Positions 16,081 to 25,352 of a stretch of DNA of 55,093 bases are shown here, piece by piece. This stretch comes from Candidatus Terrybacteria bacterium RIFCSPHIGHO2_01_FULL_48_17 (GTDB taxonomy: Bacteria; Patescibacteriota; Minisyncoccia; Terrybacterales; 2-01-FULL-58-14): contig MHSS01000014.1 of NCBI GenBank assembly GCA_001822835.1, positions 1 through 55,093 of the forward strand. The letters run 5' to 3'. The notes below the pieces were generated by a model, which was not told where the DNA came from, did not search any database, and saw only the letters and a program-made list of their open reading frames with translations. Position 1 is the stretch's first letter; each line of letters starts with the position of its first letter. Both the position numbers and the translations under genes were made by a program.

Positions 16081-17808
16081 ATGTCAACGATGGAAGAGTT
16101 GCTGCAAAAAATATTGGATGCGTGGGGTAAACGCACACAAGATGACCGCGAGCTTGTTTCCCGCGCCTTTACATATGCAGCCAGTGCTCACCAAAAACAA
16201 AAACGGGAATCGGGCGACCCCTATCTTATACATCCGGCAGCGGCAGCACAAACATTAGCAAAAATGGGGCTGGACGCCGCAACCGTTGCCGCAGCCTTGC
16301 TGCATGACGTCGTAGATGATACGCCAACAACAAACGAGGACATAAAACGCGGTTTTGGAGACGAAATCGCGTTTCTTGTTGCCGGAGTTACTAAGCTTGG
16401 AAAAATAAAATACCGGGGAGCCGGAGGGAAAACCGAAGCAGGCATACAACGACAAGCAGAAAACCTACGCAAGATGTTTCTTGCCATGGCAGAGGACATT
16501 CGTGTGGTGTTAATTAAGCTTGCAGACCGACTGCATAACATGGAAACACTCAAGGCCTTACCAGAACGCAAGCAGCACCGCATCGCACTTGAAACGCTGG
16601 AGATTTATGCCCCGCTTGCCGGACGGCTCGGAATTGGGGAGTTAAAAGCAAAACTCGATGATCTCGCGTTCCCCTATGTGTATCCAAATGAATATGACAC
16701 GCTCATTCGCGAAGTCCGCGAAGCATATGCGGAACGGGATAAGTACTGTGAGAAAATATTGCCTATTGTTTTAGAAACCCTGACGGGTTCGGGTATTAAG
16801 ATGGTCTCCATACATGCCCGCGCAAAGCACTATTTTAGTTTATGGCTAAAGTTGCAACGTCTCGGTGGAGAGCTTTCCAAGGTCCACGATTTAGTGGCGC
16901 TACGCATTGTGGTGCCGACTGTGGCTGATTGTTACGAGGCGCTTGGGATATTACATAAACGCTGGAAGCCGCTGCCGGGACGCATTAAGGACTACATTGC
17001 AGTACCCAAACCCAACGGCTACCAGTCGTTGCACACAACCGTCTTTTGCGAAGACGGCCGGATCACGGAGTTTCAAGTGCGTACGCCCGAAATGCACGCA
17101 CAAGCAGAATATGGTATTGCGGCACACTGGGCTTATACGGAATCGGGTAAAAAAGCCGTTGCGGTGCATAACCGCTTCCGCTGGGTCCAGCAACTCCGTG
17201 ATTGGCAAAAGGAGGTTGGCGGAACACAAGAATTTTTAGAGTCGCTGCGTATCGATTTTTTCCGAGACCGTATTTATGTTTTCACCCCAAAGGGTGAGGT
17301 TTTGGAATTGCCCGAAGGAGCAACCCCCATTGATTTTGCGTATCACGTGCATTCGGAAATTGGAGACAAAGCAGTTGGTGCGCGCGTTAACGAAAAATTT
17401 GTGGGGCTGGATGCGCCCTTGGCAAACGGCGACGTTATCGAAATTCTCACCCAAAAAGGGAAAAAACCGTCTGCCAAATGGCTTGAAATTGCAAAAACGA
17501 CTGCGGCACGACACCATATCAGAAGGGCGCTCAGGGACCAGGGTATTGAAGTTGCTTCTCCTCTGCCGCAATCATTGCGTGCCGAAGTGACGCTTGAGGC
17601 AGGAGACCGGGTGGGACTTATTAAAGACGTCTCAACAACTGTTTCGCGCGCGGGATTTAATATCGTCAGTATTGAAGGTCGTGGCAAAGGAGAAAGCGGC
17701 GACATGCATCTTATTGTAAACATACCGTCACGCGATGCCTTAAAAAAACTTTTGGAGCGGATCAAAAAAGTAAAAGGAATACTGGAAGTCACGGGAAGAA
17801 TTGTATAG
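16081..17808 (+). CDS. relA: Bifunctional (p)ppGpp synthetase/hydrolase (RelA/SpoT homologue)
   Basis: 575 aa with HD hydrolase HDVVDDT, synthetase RIKDYIAVPKPNGYQSLHTTV, TGS block IYVFTPKGEVLELPEGATPIDFAYHVH and a C-terminal ACT-like domain. Confidence 0.95.
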   Translation: MSTMEELLQKILDAWGKRTQDDRELVSRAFTYAASAHQKQKRESGDPYLIHPAAAAQTLAKMGLDAATVAAALLHDVVDDTPTTNEDIKRGFGDEIAFLVAGVTKLGKIKYRGAGGKTEAGIQRQAENLRKMFLAMAEDIRVVLIKLADRLHNMETLKALPERKQHRIALETLEIYAPLAGRLGIGELKAKLDDLAFPYVYPNEYDTLIREVREAYAERDKYCEKILPIVLETLTGSGIKMVSIHARAKHYFSLWLKLQRLGGELSKVHDLVALRIVVPTVADCYEALGILHKRWKPLPGRIKDYIAVPKPNGYQSLHTTVFCEDGRITEFQVRTPEMHAQAEYGIAAHWAYTESGKKAVAVHNRFRWVQQLRDWQKEVGGTQEFLESLRIDFFRDRIYVFTPKGEVLELPEGATPIDFAYHVHSEIGDKAVGARVNEKFVGLDAPLANGDVIEILTQKGKKPSAKWLEIAKTTAARHHIRRALRDQGIEVASPLPQSLRAEVTLEAGDRVGLIKDVSTTVSRAGFNIVSIEGRGKGESGDMHLIVNIPSRDALKKLLERIKKVKGILEVTGRIV

Positions 17809-17812
17809 GGCA

Positions 17813-17848
17813 ACAAAAAACAGCCGCCAACGGGCGGCTGTCTTTTAT
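17813..17848. terminator. Bidirectional terminator (relA / parB)
   Basis: AAAAAAA-ACAGCCGCC-AACG-GGCGGCTGT-CTTTTAT, 9-bp GC stem. Confidence 0.85.
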
Positions 17849-17855
17849 AAACATT

Positions 17856-18743
17856 TTAGTGAAGCAATTTTTTAAGAATTGCCGCAAGCTCTTCCTTGGT
17901 CTGATAAATAAGAGCAATAGATCCCTTCTTGCCTCGACGGGTAATGCGAACCGGAATACCCAGCGCCTTACGAAGCCGATCTTCAAGGCGTGCGCGCTCT
18001 TCTGACGCCTCGCGCACAGGAACGCGCCGCATTATTTGAAGTTGCCGCGCTGCTGCCTCTGCTTCGCGGACCGAAACGGAATTTTCTTTAAAATGCCGGA
18101 AAAGATAATCCCGCTCCTCTTCTGCCACAGAAAGCAGTGCGCGGCCATGGCCTTCCGACAGCTCCCCTTTCCTGATGCTTTCTTTTATTTTAGAATCAAG
18201 CTCCAAAAGCCGCATTGTGTTTGATATGGCAACGCGCGAAAAACCGACGCGTTCAGCAATTTCTTTTTGCGAAAGTTCAAATTCATCTTGTAATTTCTTA
18301 AATGCTTCTCCGCGATCAATGGGATTTAAGTCCTCGCGCTGGATGTTTTCGACAAGCGATAACAAAAGGCGGGTGCGATCATCGCGCGCTTTACGGATGA
18401 TAACCGGCGCTTGCCGTATATTCACCAATTTTGCTGCACGCAACCTCCGCTCTCCCGCGATAAGACGGTATTCCATCTTCATGCCGTGCTTTGTCGGAAT
18501 TTCAACTTTCTCAACAATCAATGGTTCTAAAATTCCATGCTCACGGATAGAAGCGGCCAGCGTTGCAATGCCTGCTTTTTGAAATTCTTTCCTGGGCTGT
18601 TCGGGGTTCGGCTTAATCTCGTCAACGTCCAACCAAAACACGCCGTCTTCGCCGGCTTTCCGTCCTGTACCCTGTCCCCTATTTACTGTACCCTTTTTAT
18701 GTTTTTTCCGAATAAGCGATTGTAATCCTCGGCCAACAACCAT
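17856..18743 (-). CDS. parB: Chromosome partitioning protein ParB/Spo0J
   Basis: 295 aa with N-terminal GRGLQSLI, ParB box GERRLRAA and HTH QKEIAERVGFSRVAISN. Confidence 0.93.
   Translation of the reverse strand: MVVGRGLQSLIRKKHKKGTVNRGQGTGRKAGEDGVFWLDVDEIKPNPEQPRKEFQKAGIATLAASIREHGILEPLIVEKVEIPTKHGMKMEYRLIAGERRLRAAKLVNIRQAPVIIRKARDDRTRLLLSLVENIQREDLNPIDRGEAFKKLQDEFELSQKEIAERVGFSRVAISNTMRLLELDSKIKESIRKGELSEGHGRALLSVAEEERDYLFRHFKENSVSVREAEAAARQLQIMRRVPVREASEERARLEDRLRKALGIPVRITRRGKKGSIALIYQTKEELAAILKKLLH
18705..18743 (-). repeat. parB 5' end, duplicated copy 1
   Basis: 18705-18731 is identical (27/27) to 19659-19685. The 12 nt up to each ATG match 8/12. Confidence 0.9.
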
Positions 18744-18764
18744 AAATAATTAATCTCTAAGCTC

Positions 18765-19697
18765 TCATTTCTGATTGCTAAAATTCTTCTTTCTTTTTCT
18801 CCAAACAATATATGCAATTAGCGCACCGGCAATCCCGCCCCCGATTAATAAAACATATCGTATTATAGTTGACGGATTTATAGTATAAACGTCGCGCGGG
18901 AAAGTTGTCACATAATCATAGCTACCGGGAAATAGAATTTCCTGATCCGCAACGGTCACGACGCCATCCGCGTCCACGTCAGCAAGAGGGTTATAGCCGA
19001 GGTCATTTCGTCTCTTGCCTAAAGCCTGCTGGAAAAGAGCGGAGTCCGCGTCGTCGCACTGACCATCCGTATTCAGGTCACAAGGCATTGTCTCCAATTC
19101 TTCCATTCTTGTTGCCTCTCCTCTCTCTACCGCCTTATAGGTAGTAAAATGTTTTGCCGTAAAGACCAGCTCTTTTGCCGATTGATTCCAAAGCTTATCC
19201 TTAATATCTTCCGGAGTTGCCAGCTTTCCGTCTACCTCAATGGCCGGCTCCTCCTCAAACGGAAGGTTGCGCATAGTAATATTCGCCCGCTTATTTCTTA
19301 GATACGTAAGCGATTCGGAGTCAACGGTGACTTCACCTGTTTTATCAAGCTGAATATAGGTATCTAAATTATTTATCGTATTGGTATCGCACATATCAAT
19401 AATCGAATCATGGAACTCAACCTTATTCTTGCCCGACACATCGAGAACAATATTAAGTGCTTCTCCTAATGTGCAAACCCTAGTGAAGTTGGTTGTTTCA
19501 GATCCGGGCAGCGTAAATATCCCCGGTGGCGCTACTGCGATTATCTTTATACCGGGACCTGCCGGATCAAAATTGGAGTTATCGCCAAAATTAATTTCTG
19601 CATTCGCAAAAGAAATAGAGATCAAAAAGACAACAACCGCCACAAAGAAACGAGGCAATTTCCGAATAAGCGATTGTAATCCTCGTCCGACTGCCAT
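18765..19697 (-). CDS. Secreted/anchored protein with dockerin-like Ca-binding repeats, inserted between parA and parB
   Basis: 310 aa. The N-terminus MAVGRGLQSLIRK copies ParB. It continues with signal-peptide-like FFVAVVVFLISISFANA/E, loops DLNTDGQCDDAD and DVDADGVVTVAD, and a C-terminal TM followed by KRKK. Confidence 0.75.
   Translation of the reverse strand: MAVGRGLQSLIRKLPRFFVAVVVFLISISFANAEINFGDNSNFDPAGPGIKIIAVAPPGIFTLPGSETTNFTRVCTLGEALNIVLDVSGKNKVEFHDSIIDMCDTNTINNLDTYIQLDKTGEVTVDSESLTYLRNKRANITMRNLPFEEEPAIEVDGKLATPEDIKDKLWNQSAKELVFTAKHFTTYKAVERGEATRMEELETMPCDLNTDGQCDDADSALFQQALGKRRNDLGYNPLADVDADGVVTVADQEILFPGSYDYVTTFPRDVYTINPSTIIRYVLLIGGGIAGALIAYIVWRKRKKNFSNQK
19659..19697 (-). repeat. 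parB 5' end, duplicated copy 2 (start of the inserted gene)
   Basis: See 18705-18743. Encodes MAVGRGLQSLIRK versus ParB MVVGRGLQSLIRK. Confidence 0.9.
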
Positions 19698-19717
19698 AAA
19701 AATAGAATAAGCATTCC

Positions 19718-20524
19718 CTATTCCCCACTTGCCCCGTACCGAACTTGTTCTGGTGCGGGGTTCCCTGTTCCCTCATTTAATATTTCTCTTGCTAACGCAT
19801 GGAATGTCTGCGCAATATCGCTTTCTGGGTGAGTAATTACCACTGGCCGGTTTATAAATGGCGCCTCGGCAAGTAATGGATGTTTGGGAATGATGACCTC
19901 GAAAACCGGGTGCGCTCCTCGCCACAATTCTTTTGCCACGCGCATTGCGGTTCTATTATTGCGTTCGTGCATAGTAAGAAGCGTTCCACGAATAGCTGTT
20001 GGAATATCGAGGTTTTGCTGAATAAGATTAAGCGTCTCCACAAGCTGACGCAAGCCATCAAGGGCAAAGGGAGAGGGGCTTACCGGCACAATAACCTCAT
20101 CAGCAGCCGCCAGCGCATTTACTGTCAAAATGCCCAGCGACGGCGGACAATCTACAAGAACAAAATCGTAGTCACCCTTTATGTCCTCGAGCGCTTGACG
20201 AAGCAAAAGTTCGTAGTCCTCAAGCTCAAAAAGCTCAACAGTAGCTCCGGCAAGCTCGGGGGTAGCGGGCAAAATGTCAAGATTTTCTTGCGGGCCTTGT
20301 ACAATAGATTCACGCGCCGAAACTTGCCCAATTAATACATGATACAACGAAGTTGCAAGAGATTCCGGGGCTATACCCAAAAGCGTGGTGGCATTTGCCT
20401 GCGGATCTGCATCAACCAGCAAAACCCGTTTACCCTGTGCTGCAAGCGCAGACGCCAAATGCACTGCCGTTGTGGTTTTCCCTGTTCCTCCTTTTTGGTT
20501 TGCAATTGCAATAATTTTGGCCAC
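19718..20524 (-). CDS. parA: Chromosome partitioning ATPase ParA/Soj
   Basis: 268 aa with deviant Walker A KGGTGKTTTAV and DCPPSLG. GTG start. Confidence 0.95.
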   Translation of the reverse strand: MAKIIAIANQKGGTGKTTTAVHLASALAAQGKRVLLVDADPQANATTLLGIAPESLATSLYHVLIGQVSARESIVQGPQENLDILPATPELAGATVELFELEDYELLLRQALEDIKGDYDFVLVDCPPSLGILTVNALAAADEVIVPVSPSPFALDGLRQLVETLNLIQQNLDIPTAIRGTLLTMHERNNRTAMRVAKELWRGAHPVFEVIIPKHPLLAEAPFINRPVVITHPESDIAQTFHALAREILNEGTGNPAPEQVRYGASGE

Positions 20525-20551
20525 ATAGATAGTGTATCATGCGTAAAGACC

Positions 20552-20580
20552 TTGGCAATAAAAAAAGAATCTGATAGAGT
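20552..20580 (+). promoter_or_regulatory. Candidate promoter for tRNA-Leu
   Basis: TTGGCA (20552-20557), 17-nt spacer, TAGAGT (20575-20580). Lies 20 nt upstream of the tRNA. Confidence 0.45.
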
Positions 20581-20599
20581 AACTGAAGTAACTTTAAAT

Positions 20600-20686
20600 G
20601 CCGGAGTGGCGGAATTGGCAGACGCGCAGGACTCAAAATCCTGTGACCGCAAGGTCGTGTGGGTTCGACCCCCACCTCCGGCACCA
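20600..20686 (+). tRNA. tRNA-Leu(CAA), type II with long variable arm, CCA encoded
   Basis: Acceptor GCCGGAG/CTCCGGC. Anticodon stem CAGGA/TCCTG with loop CTCAAAA. Variable arm GACCGCAAGGTC. T-arm GTGGG-TTCGACC-CCCAC. Discriminator A plus CCA. Confidence 0.93.
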
Positions 20687-20697
20687 ATTCTCCGAAA

Positions 20698-20723
20698 ACG
20701 GCTCCATGAGCCGTGTTTTATTT
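20698..20723 (+). terminator. Terminator after tRNA-Leu
   Basis: Stem ACGGCTC/GAGCCGT, loop CAT, followed by GTTTTATTT. Confidence 0.8.
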
Positions 20724-20820
20724 ATAAGAGAACAGTATGGTCGCCACCGCACACGCAAGTTCTTGCGAATGCGCTAACCCTGTCCAAAATTGGAAATGCG
20801 GATAGACCAATTGGCTATAA

Positions 20821-23238
20821 ATGGATACAATGACGGTGAGATCTATGGATAAATTCCTCAAGCAAAACCTGCTTTCTGTTTCCGTTTTTATCACTGGAGC
20901 TTGTGTATTGATTGTTGAAGTTGTCGCTCTTCGGGTTCTTTCACCCCACTACGGCAATACAATTTTTACCGTATCCAGCGTAATAAGCGTAATACTTGCG
21001 GCTTTGAGTATTGGATATTATGCCGGCGGAAAATTTGCAGACCGCTACCCGTCGTTGCGATGGTTTTTTGGCATAATTCTCGTAAGCGGCTTAGCCATCA
21101 TTGCGCTCCATCTTTTGGGCACGCTAATTCTTCCGACCTTAAGCGCTACCCTTTCCCTCGCCAGCGGACCCCTTGTGTCTTCTTTGCTCCTTTTTTTCGC
21201 CCCCGCTCTTTTGCTGGGCACACTGTCACCTTACGCTATAAAATTACAGAGCATTCAACTTCCGGAGCAGGGAGTCGGAACGGTATCCGGGAAAATGTTT
21301 TTTTGGTCTACGCTTGGCAGTATTGTAGGTAGCTTGCTTGCGGGCTTTGTGCTTATCCCCCGCTTTGGGATAGACCAAATTTTTATCGCCACCGGACTTG
21401 TCCTTTTTCTGCTCGGATTCATTCCTCTTTTGGTTTTTGGTTTTAATAAAAAACACTTACTTCACGCTTTGTTTACTATAGCTATCTTAACCCCCATCAC
21501 CATCGTTGCTTTCAAACAAGCAAAGAATGATGTTTTGTACAGCAAGGACGGCATTTACGAAAAAATTACAATCTATGACGGCATATGGGAAAATAGGCCG
21601 ACAAGGTTTTTCCAACAGGATCGGAGCGGCTCCGGGGGGATATTTCTTGATTCAAATGACCCCGCTGACCTGGTTTATGAATACACAAAATACTATTCGC
21701 TCTACGAAATTTTCAAGCCAGACGTTCAAAACGCTCTCGTTATCGGTGGCGGTGCCTACTCGATACCCAAGGCGCTTTTGACGGAGTTGCCAAATGCAAC
21801 TGTTGATGTTTCGGAAATTGAACCTTCGTTATTTGAATTGACAAAAAAATATTTCGGGCTAAAAGATAATCCAAACTTACATACTTATTTTGAAGACGGC
21901 CGCCGATTCCTTAGAAATTCCAACAAAAAATACGACCTAATATTTAGCGATGTGTACTACTCGCTTTTTTCCATTCCTGCCCATTTTACGACGCAGGAGT
22001 TTTTTACTATCGCAAAAGAAAAATTATCTGGCGATGGAATATTTATTGCCAATTTAATTGGAGATTTATCGAGGCAACAACCATCTCTTATTTTTGCGGA
22101 GGTAAAAACATTTCAAAGCGTTTTTCAAAATAGTTATTTTTTTGCGGTTGAAACACCCCAAAAAACGGATCCCCAAAATATTATTTTAGTCGGATATAAA
22201 AGCCGAAAAAAAATTGATTTAAATGCGACCTCTATTCAGCAAAGCGAAAATCCAACCATGAATGCGCTTGAAGACAAAATTATTAACCTAGACCGGTTTG
22301 ATTTGTCTCCATATCCAATTCTCACAGATAATTTTTCCCCAGTTGAACATTTAACAGCAAAGGTGGTCCGACGTACCCTCAAGGAAGAGCCTTTTCTTGA
22401 CGGCAACGAAATGTTGGCCGTGATAGACCAACAGCTGCGCTATGGACCTCGCTATATGGGTGCTCCCGGACATGAAAGCGTTCGAAGGTTTTTGGCTGCC
22501 GAAATGGAAGCACACACCAATGATGTCACAATGCAATCGTTTGATTATCTTGGGACGGACGGCAAGACCCACAAATTAACAAACATCATAACTCGCTTAT
22601 ACCCAACCAAAGAATCTCGCATTATTTTAGCTACACACTATGACAGCAAAAAATTTGCGGATAAGGATCGCTTACACAATGATCAGCCGGTGCCGGGAGC
22701 TAACGATTCGGCTTCGGGCGTCGCCGTTCTCGTGGAACTAGCGCGGATGCTCAATAATTCGCATCTAATACCGCACGTTGGCATAGATATAGTTTTTTTT
22801 GATGGAGAGGAGGGTGACATAAACCAGAGTAGCGATTACAGCAACTGGAAGCCCCTTGGTTCAACATATTTTGCCGAGCATCTAAACGAACTTTATAAAA
22901 AGACCAAGCCGACATCTGCGCTTGTTGTTGATATGGTATGCGATAAAGATTTGAGAATTTACAAAGAGCAATCATCAACACAAAGCGCTCAAGCCCAAGT
23001 AGATTCGTTTTGGAATATTGCAAAACAAGTGGATGGTCAGGTTTTTCAAGATGAAATTGGACTAAACGTCCAAGACGATCATACCCCCCTAAATCGAGTA
23101 GGGATTCCGAGCTTTCTATTGATTGATCCCGAATACCCGCCCTACCACACCACTGACGATACGCTCAATAAATGCAGCGCGGAAAGCTTAGCGGTCGTAG
23201 GCCATGCTGTATTTGAGTATATCTTCTCAATTCGTTAA
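20821..23238 (+). CDS. Fusion protein: polytopic membrane + spermidine-synthase-like domain + C-terminal M28/glutaminyl-cyclase-like domain
   Basis: 805 aa. About 7-8 N-terminal TM helices. SAM/aminopropyltransferase-like block VIGGGAYSIPKAL..DLIFSDVY. C-terminal ATHYDSKKF, GANDSASGVAVLVELAR and VFFDGEE. Confidence 0.85.
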   Translation: MDTMTVRSMDKFLKQNLLSVSVFITGACVLIVEVVALRVLSPHYGNTIFTVSSVISVILAALSIGYYAGGKFADRYPSLRWFFGIILVSGLAIIALHLLGTLILPTLSATLSLASGPLVSSLLLFFAPALLLGTLSPYAIKLQSIQLPEQGVGTVSGKMFFWSTLGSIVGSLLAGFVLIPRFGIDQIFIATGLVLFLLGFIPLLVFGFNKKHLLHALFTIAILTPITIVAFKQAKNDVLYSKDGIYEKITIYDGIWENRPTRFFQQDRSGSGGIFLDSNDPADLVYEYTKYYSLYEIFKPDVQNALVIGGGAYSIPKALLTELPNATVDVSEIEPSLFELTKKYFGLKDNPNLHTYFEDGRRFLRNSNKKYDLIFSDVYYSLFSIPAHFTTQEFFTIAKEKLSGDGIFIANLIGDLSRQQPSLIFAEVKTFQSVFQNSYFFAVETPQKTDPQNIILVGYKSRKKIDLNATSIQQSENPTMNALEDKIINLDRFDLSPYPILTDNFSPVEHLTAKVVRRTLKEEPFLDGNEMLAVIDQQLRYGPRYMGAPGHESVRRFLAAEMEAHTNDVTMQSFDYLGTDGKTHKLTNIITRLYPTKESRIILATHYDSKKFADKDRLHNDQPVPGANDSASGVAVLVELARMLNNSHLIPHVGIDIVFFDGEEGDINQSSDYSNWKPLGSTYFAEHLNELYKKTKPTSALVVDMVCDKDLRIYKEQSSTQSAQAQVDSFWNIAKQVDGQVFQDEIGLNVQDDHTPLNRVGIPSFLLIDPEYPPYHTTDDTLNKCSAESLAVVGHAVFEYIFSIR

Positions 23239-23294
23239 GAAGTCCAGCTCCGACAATTTACGTGTTTCACTAAAAAACGCGACCTGGGGACGTG

Positions 23295-24095
23295 TTATTT
23301 GTTTAAAAAAAGAAAAATAAGTCCCGCAAAAAGAAACCGATACCACACAAAGGGGAAAAGCGAGTGCTGCGCAAGATAACGCATCAAAAATGCAATCACC
23401 AAATAACCAGAAACCGCTGCCGCGATAGTGCCAATCATGAAAAACAAAAGATCGTTTGCCCCAAGCGCCGCAAGCTCAATGCCGGTCAGGCGCTTGAGGC
23501 CCGCGGCAGCAAAAAGCGGAATTGCCATCAAAAAAGAAAAGCGTGCGGCATTCTCCCGCCGGAATCCAAGCCCAAGACCTGCAGCAATGGTTATGCCCGA
23601 CCGTGAAACTCCGGGGATAAATGAAAAAACTTGTGCCAATCCTATAATCAACGCATCGCGCGTATTCCCCGATGAGAGCTCACGCGCTCTTTTCCCTACT
23701 TTTTCCGCAAGAACAAAGGCAATGCTTCCGCCCATAAGGCCCAGAATCACCGCCCACGGTGATCGAAATACGGTTGCAACCGCATCCTCGAACAAAACCC
23801 CAAAAATTCCTGCGGGGACTATGCCGACCACAACAAGCATCCAGAGTCGAGTGACCCCACGATCAAAGCTGATGAGTTTTGCAATGTCTCCCCAAAAATA
23901 CAACACAACTGCAGTAAGCGTTCCTAAATGCAAAGCCGCATCAAAGGTCAAGCCGAACCGCTCTTGCGAAACGCCCAGCCATTTTTCCGCAACGATAAGA
24001 TGGCCGGTGGAAGATACCGGCAAAAATTCCGTTAATCCCTGCACCGCGCCCAATATTGCGGCAATGAAAATATTCATGTTTTCATATAACCCCAT
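23295..24095 (-). CDS. uppP: Undecaprenyl-diphosphate phosphatase
   Basis: 266 aa with LTEFLPVSSTGHL and PGVSRSG, polytopic. The start could be Met7 (24077). Confidence 0.93.
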   Translation of the reverse strand: MGLYENMNIFIAAILGAVQGLTEFLPVSSTGHLIVAEKWLGVSQERFGLTFDAALHLGTLTAVVLYFWGDIAKLISFDRGVTRLWMLVVVGIVPAGIFGVLFEDAVATVFRSPWAVILGLMGGSIAFVLAEKVGKRARELSSGNTRDALIIGLAQVFSFIPGVSRSGITIAAGLGLGFRRENAARFSFLMAIPLFAAAGLKRLTGIELAALGANDLLFFMIGTIAAAVSGYLVIAFLMRYLAQHSLFPFVWYRFLFAGLIFLFLNK

Positions 24096-24124
24096 TCCCT
24101 ATCCCCTATATCCTATTCCATGCT

Positions 24125-25327
24125 TCATGGTTTCCAATACCGAATCAGCGGGAGCAAGAGCGGCAGTGTTGCGGTAATGACAAGCAAAATCCTAAAATCC
24201 TGCGTAGCAAGCGCCACAACCGCCAATATACCAAGAAAGATGGCCCTTCCAAGATTCAGGGCGATCTCACGAAAAACGATTGCGGCATAGGGATCGGGAG
24301 AGGTTGCGGCGCGATCATAAAACGTTGTGAGGAACGGAACATTATAGGCCGCGCGCGAAACGCCATATACCATATTTGCAAACGCTGCCGGTAGTACCGT
24401 ACGCACACCTGCCCGCACAAGCCATGAGGCAGAAGCTGCAGCAGACGCGAACCGCAATATCTTTATACGATCTATCCGATCGGATAACTTCCCGAAAATC
24501 CATGTGGTCAGAACCCCAAGAGCAGTACCCAAGGACACGATAATGCCAAGCGAAGAAAACGAAATGGCCAGCAGAAACAAAAAAAGCGGCCACACTCTTC
24601 CGTTTGCCTCGTCTTCCGCACCGCTTGCTGCAAACGCGAGCGTTGAGCGCCAGTCGCGTAAGTTTTTGATTCGTCGAAACATTTCTCCAGGAGAATGTTT
24701 GAATTTATGATCGGAATCGCGTACCAAAACAAAAGGGAGGGCAGATGCCAACACAAAAGGCAGAACAACCGCAAAAAGTACGGCGTAGCCAAACTGTGCG
24801 ATAACAATTCCTCCAACCGCCGGCCCCAAAACGGACGCTACCGTACTAATAATAACAAGCCCGCTTAATGCCTGACCCCGGTTTTGTGCAGGTGTTGCGG
24901 TAGCAAATAAAAGATGAAACCCCGGCCAAAAAAGCGATGCTCTGATGGTAATTGCAACAAGCGCCACCGCAATAAGCCACGGATATTTAGGCAAAAGAAG
25001 CAAACACACGAAGAAAAGAAATAAAAACGGGGAAGAAAGAAGTGCGGCTTTAGAAAAACCAAAGCGCGAAGAAAAAAGGGCGCCCAAGGGGCATAAAAGC
25101 GCAAACGCAAGAAAGAAAACAGAAAAAAAACCAAAGACAGCTGCCGCAGGAAATGCTACGCCTAAATTTTTGAAAACAACAAAAAGATAAATCGTCTCAA
25201 AAATTGAAACTAAGCTTACGCCAAACATTTTGATGGCCTCGGAAAGATAGATATCGGCCAACGCGTGATCCTTTAGATATGACAAACGAACCAATTCTTC
25301 AGTTGCGTGAATTGGACGACGTAGCAT
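24125..25327 (-). CDS. MFS-type transporter
   Basis: 400 aa with about 12 hydrophobic helices and the loop motif GKLSDRIDRIKILR (MFS motif-A-like). Substrate unknown. Confidence 0.75.
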   Translation of the reverse strand: MLRRPIHATEELVRLSYLKDHALADIYLSEAIKMFGVSLVSIFETIYLFVVFKNLGVAFPAAAVFGFFSVFFLAFALLCPLGALFSSRFGFSKAALLSSPFLFLFFVCLLLLPKYPWLIAVALVAITIRASLFWPGFHLLFATATPAQNRGQALSGLVIISTVASVLGPAVGGIVIAQFGYAVLFAVVLPFVLASALPFVLVRDSDHKFKHSPGEMFRRIKNLRDWRSTLAFAASGAEDEANGRVWPLFLFLLAISFSSLGIIVSLGTALGVLTTWIFGKLSDRIDRIKILRFASAAASASWLVRAGVRTVLPAAFANMVYGVSRAAYNVPFLTTFYDRAATSPDPYAAIVFREIALNLGRAIFLGILAVVALATQDFRILLVITATLPLLLPLIRYWKP

Positions 25328-25352
25328 AGAATATTACGAGGAGTAATGCTTT

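Noticed and set aside
20339-20833. The 164-aa ORF (and minus-strand ORFs 20371-20687) spanning the parA start and the tRNA-Leu gene.
   Set aside because: It overlaps a textbook tRNA with its own promoter-like signals and terminator. It has no SD and no motif.
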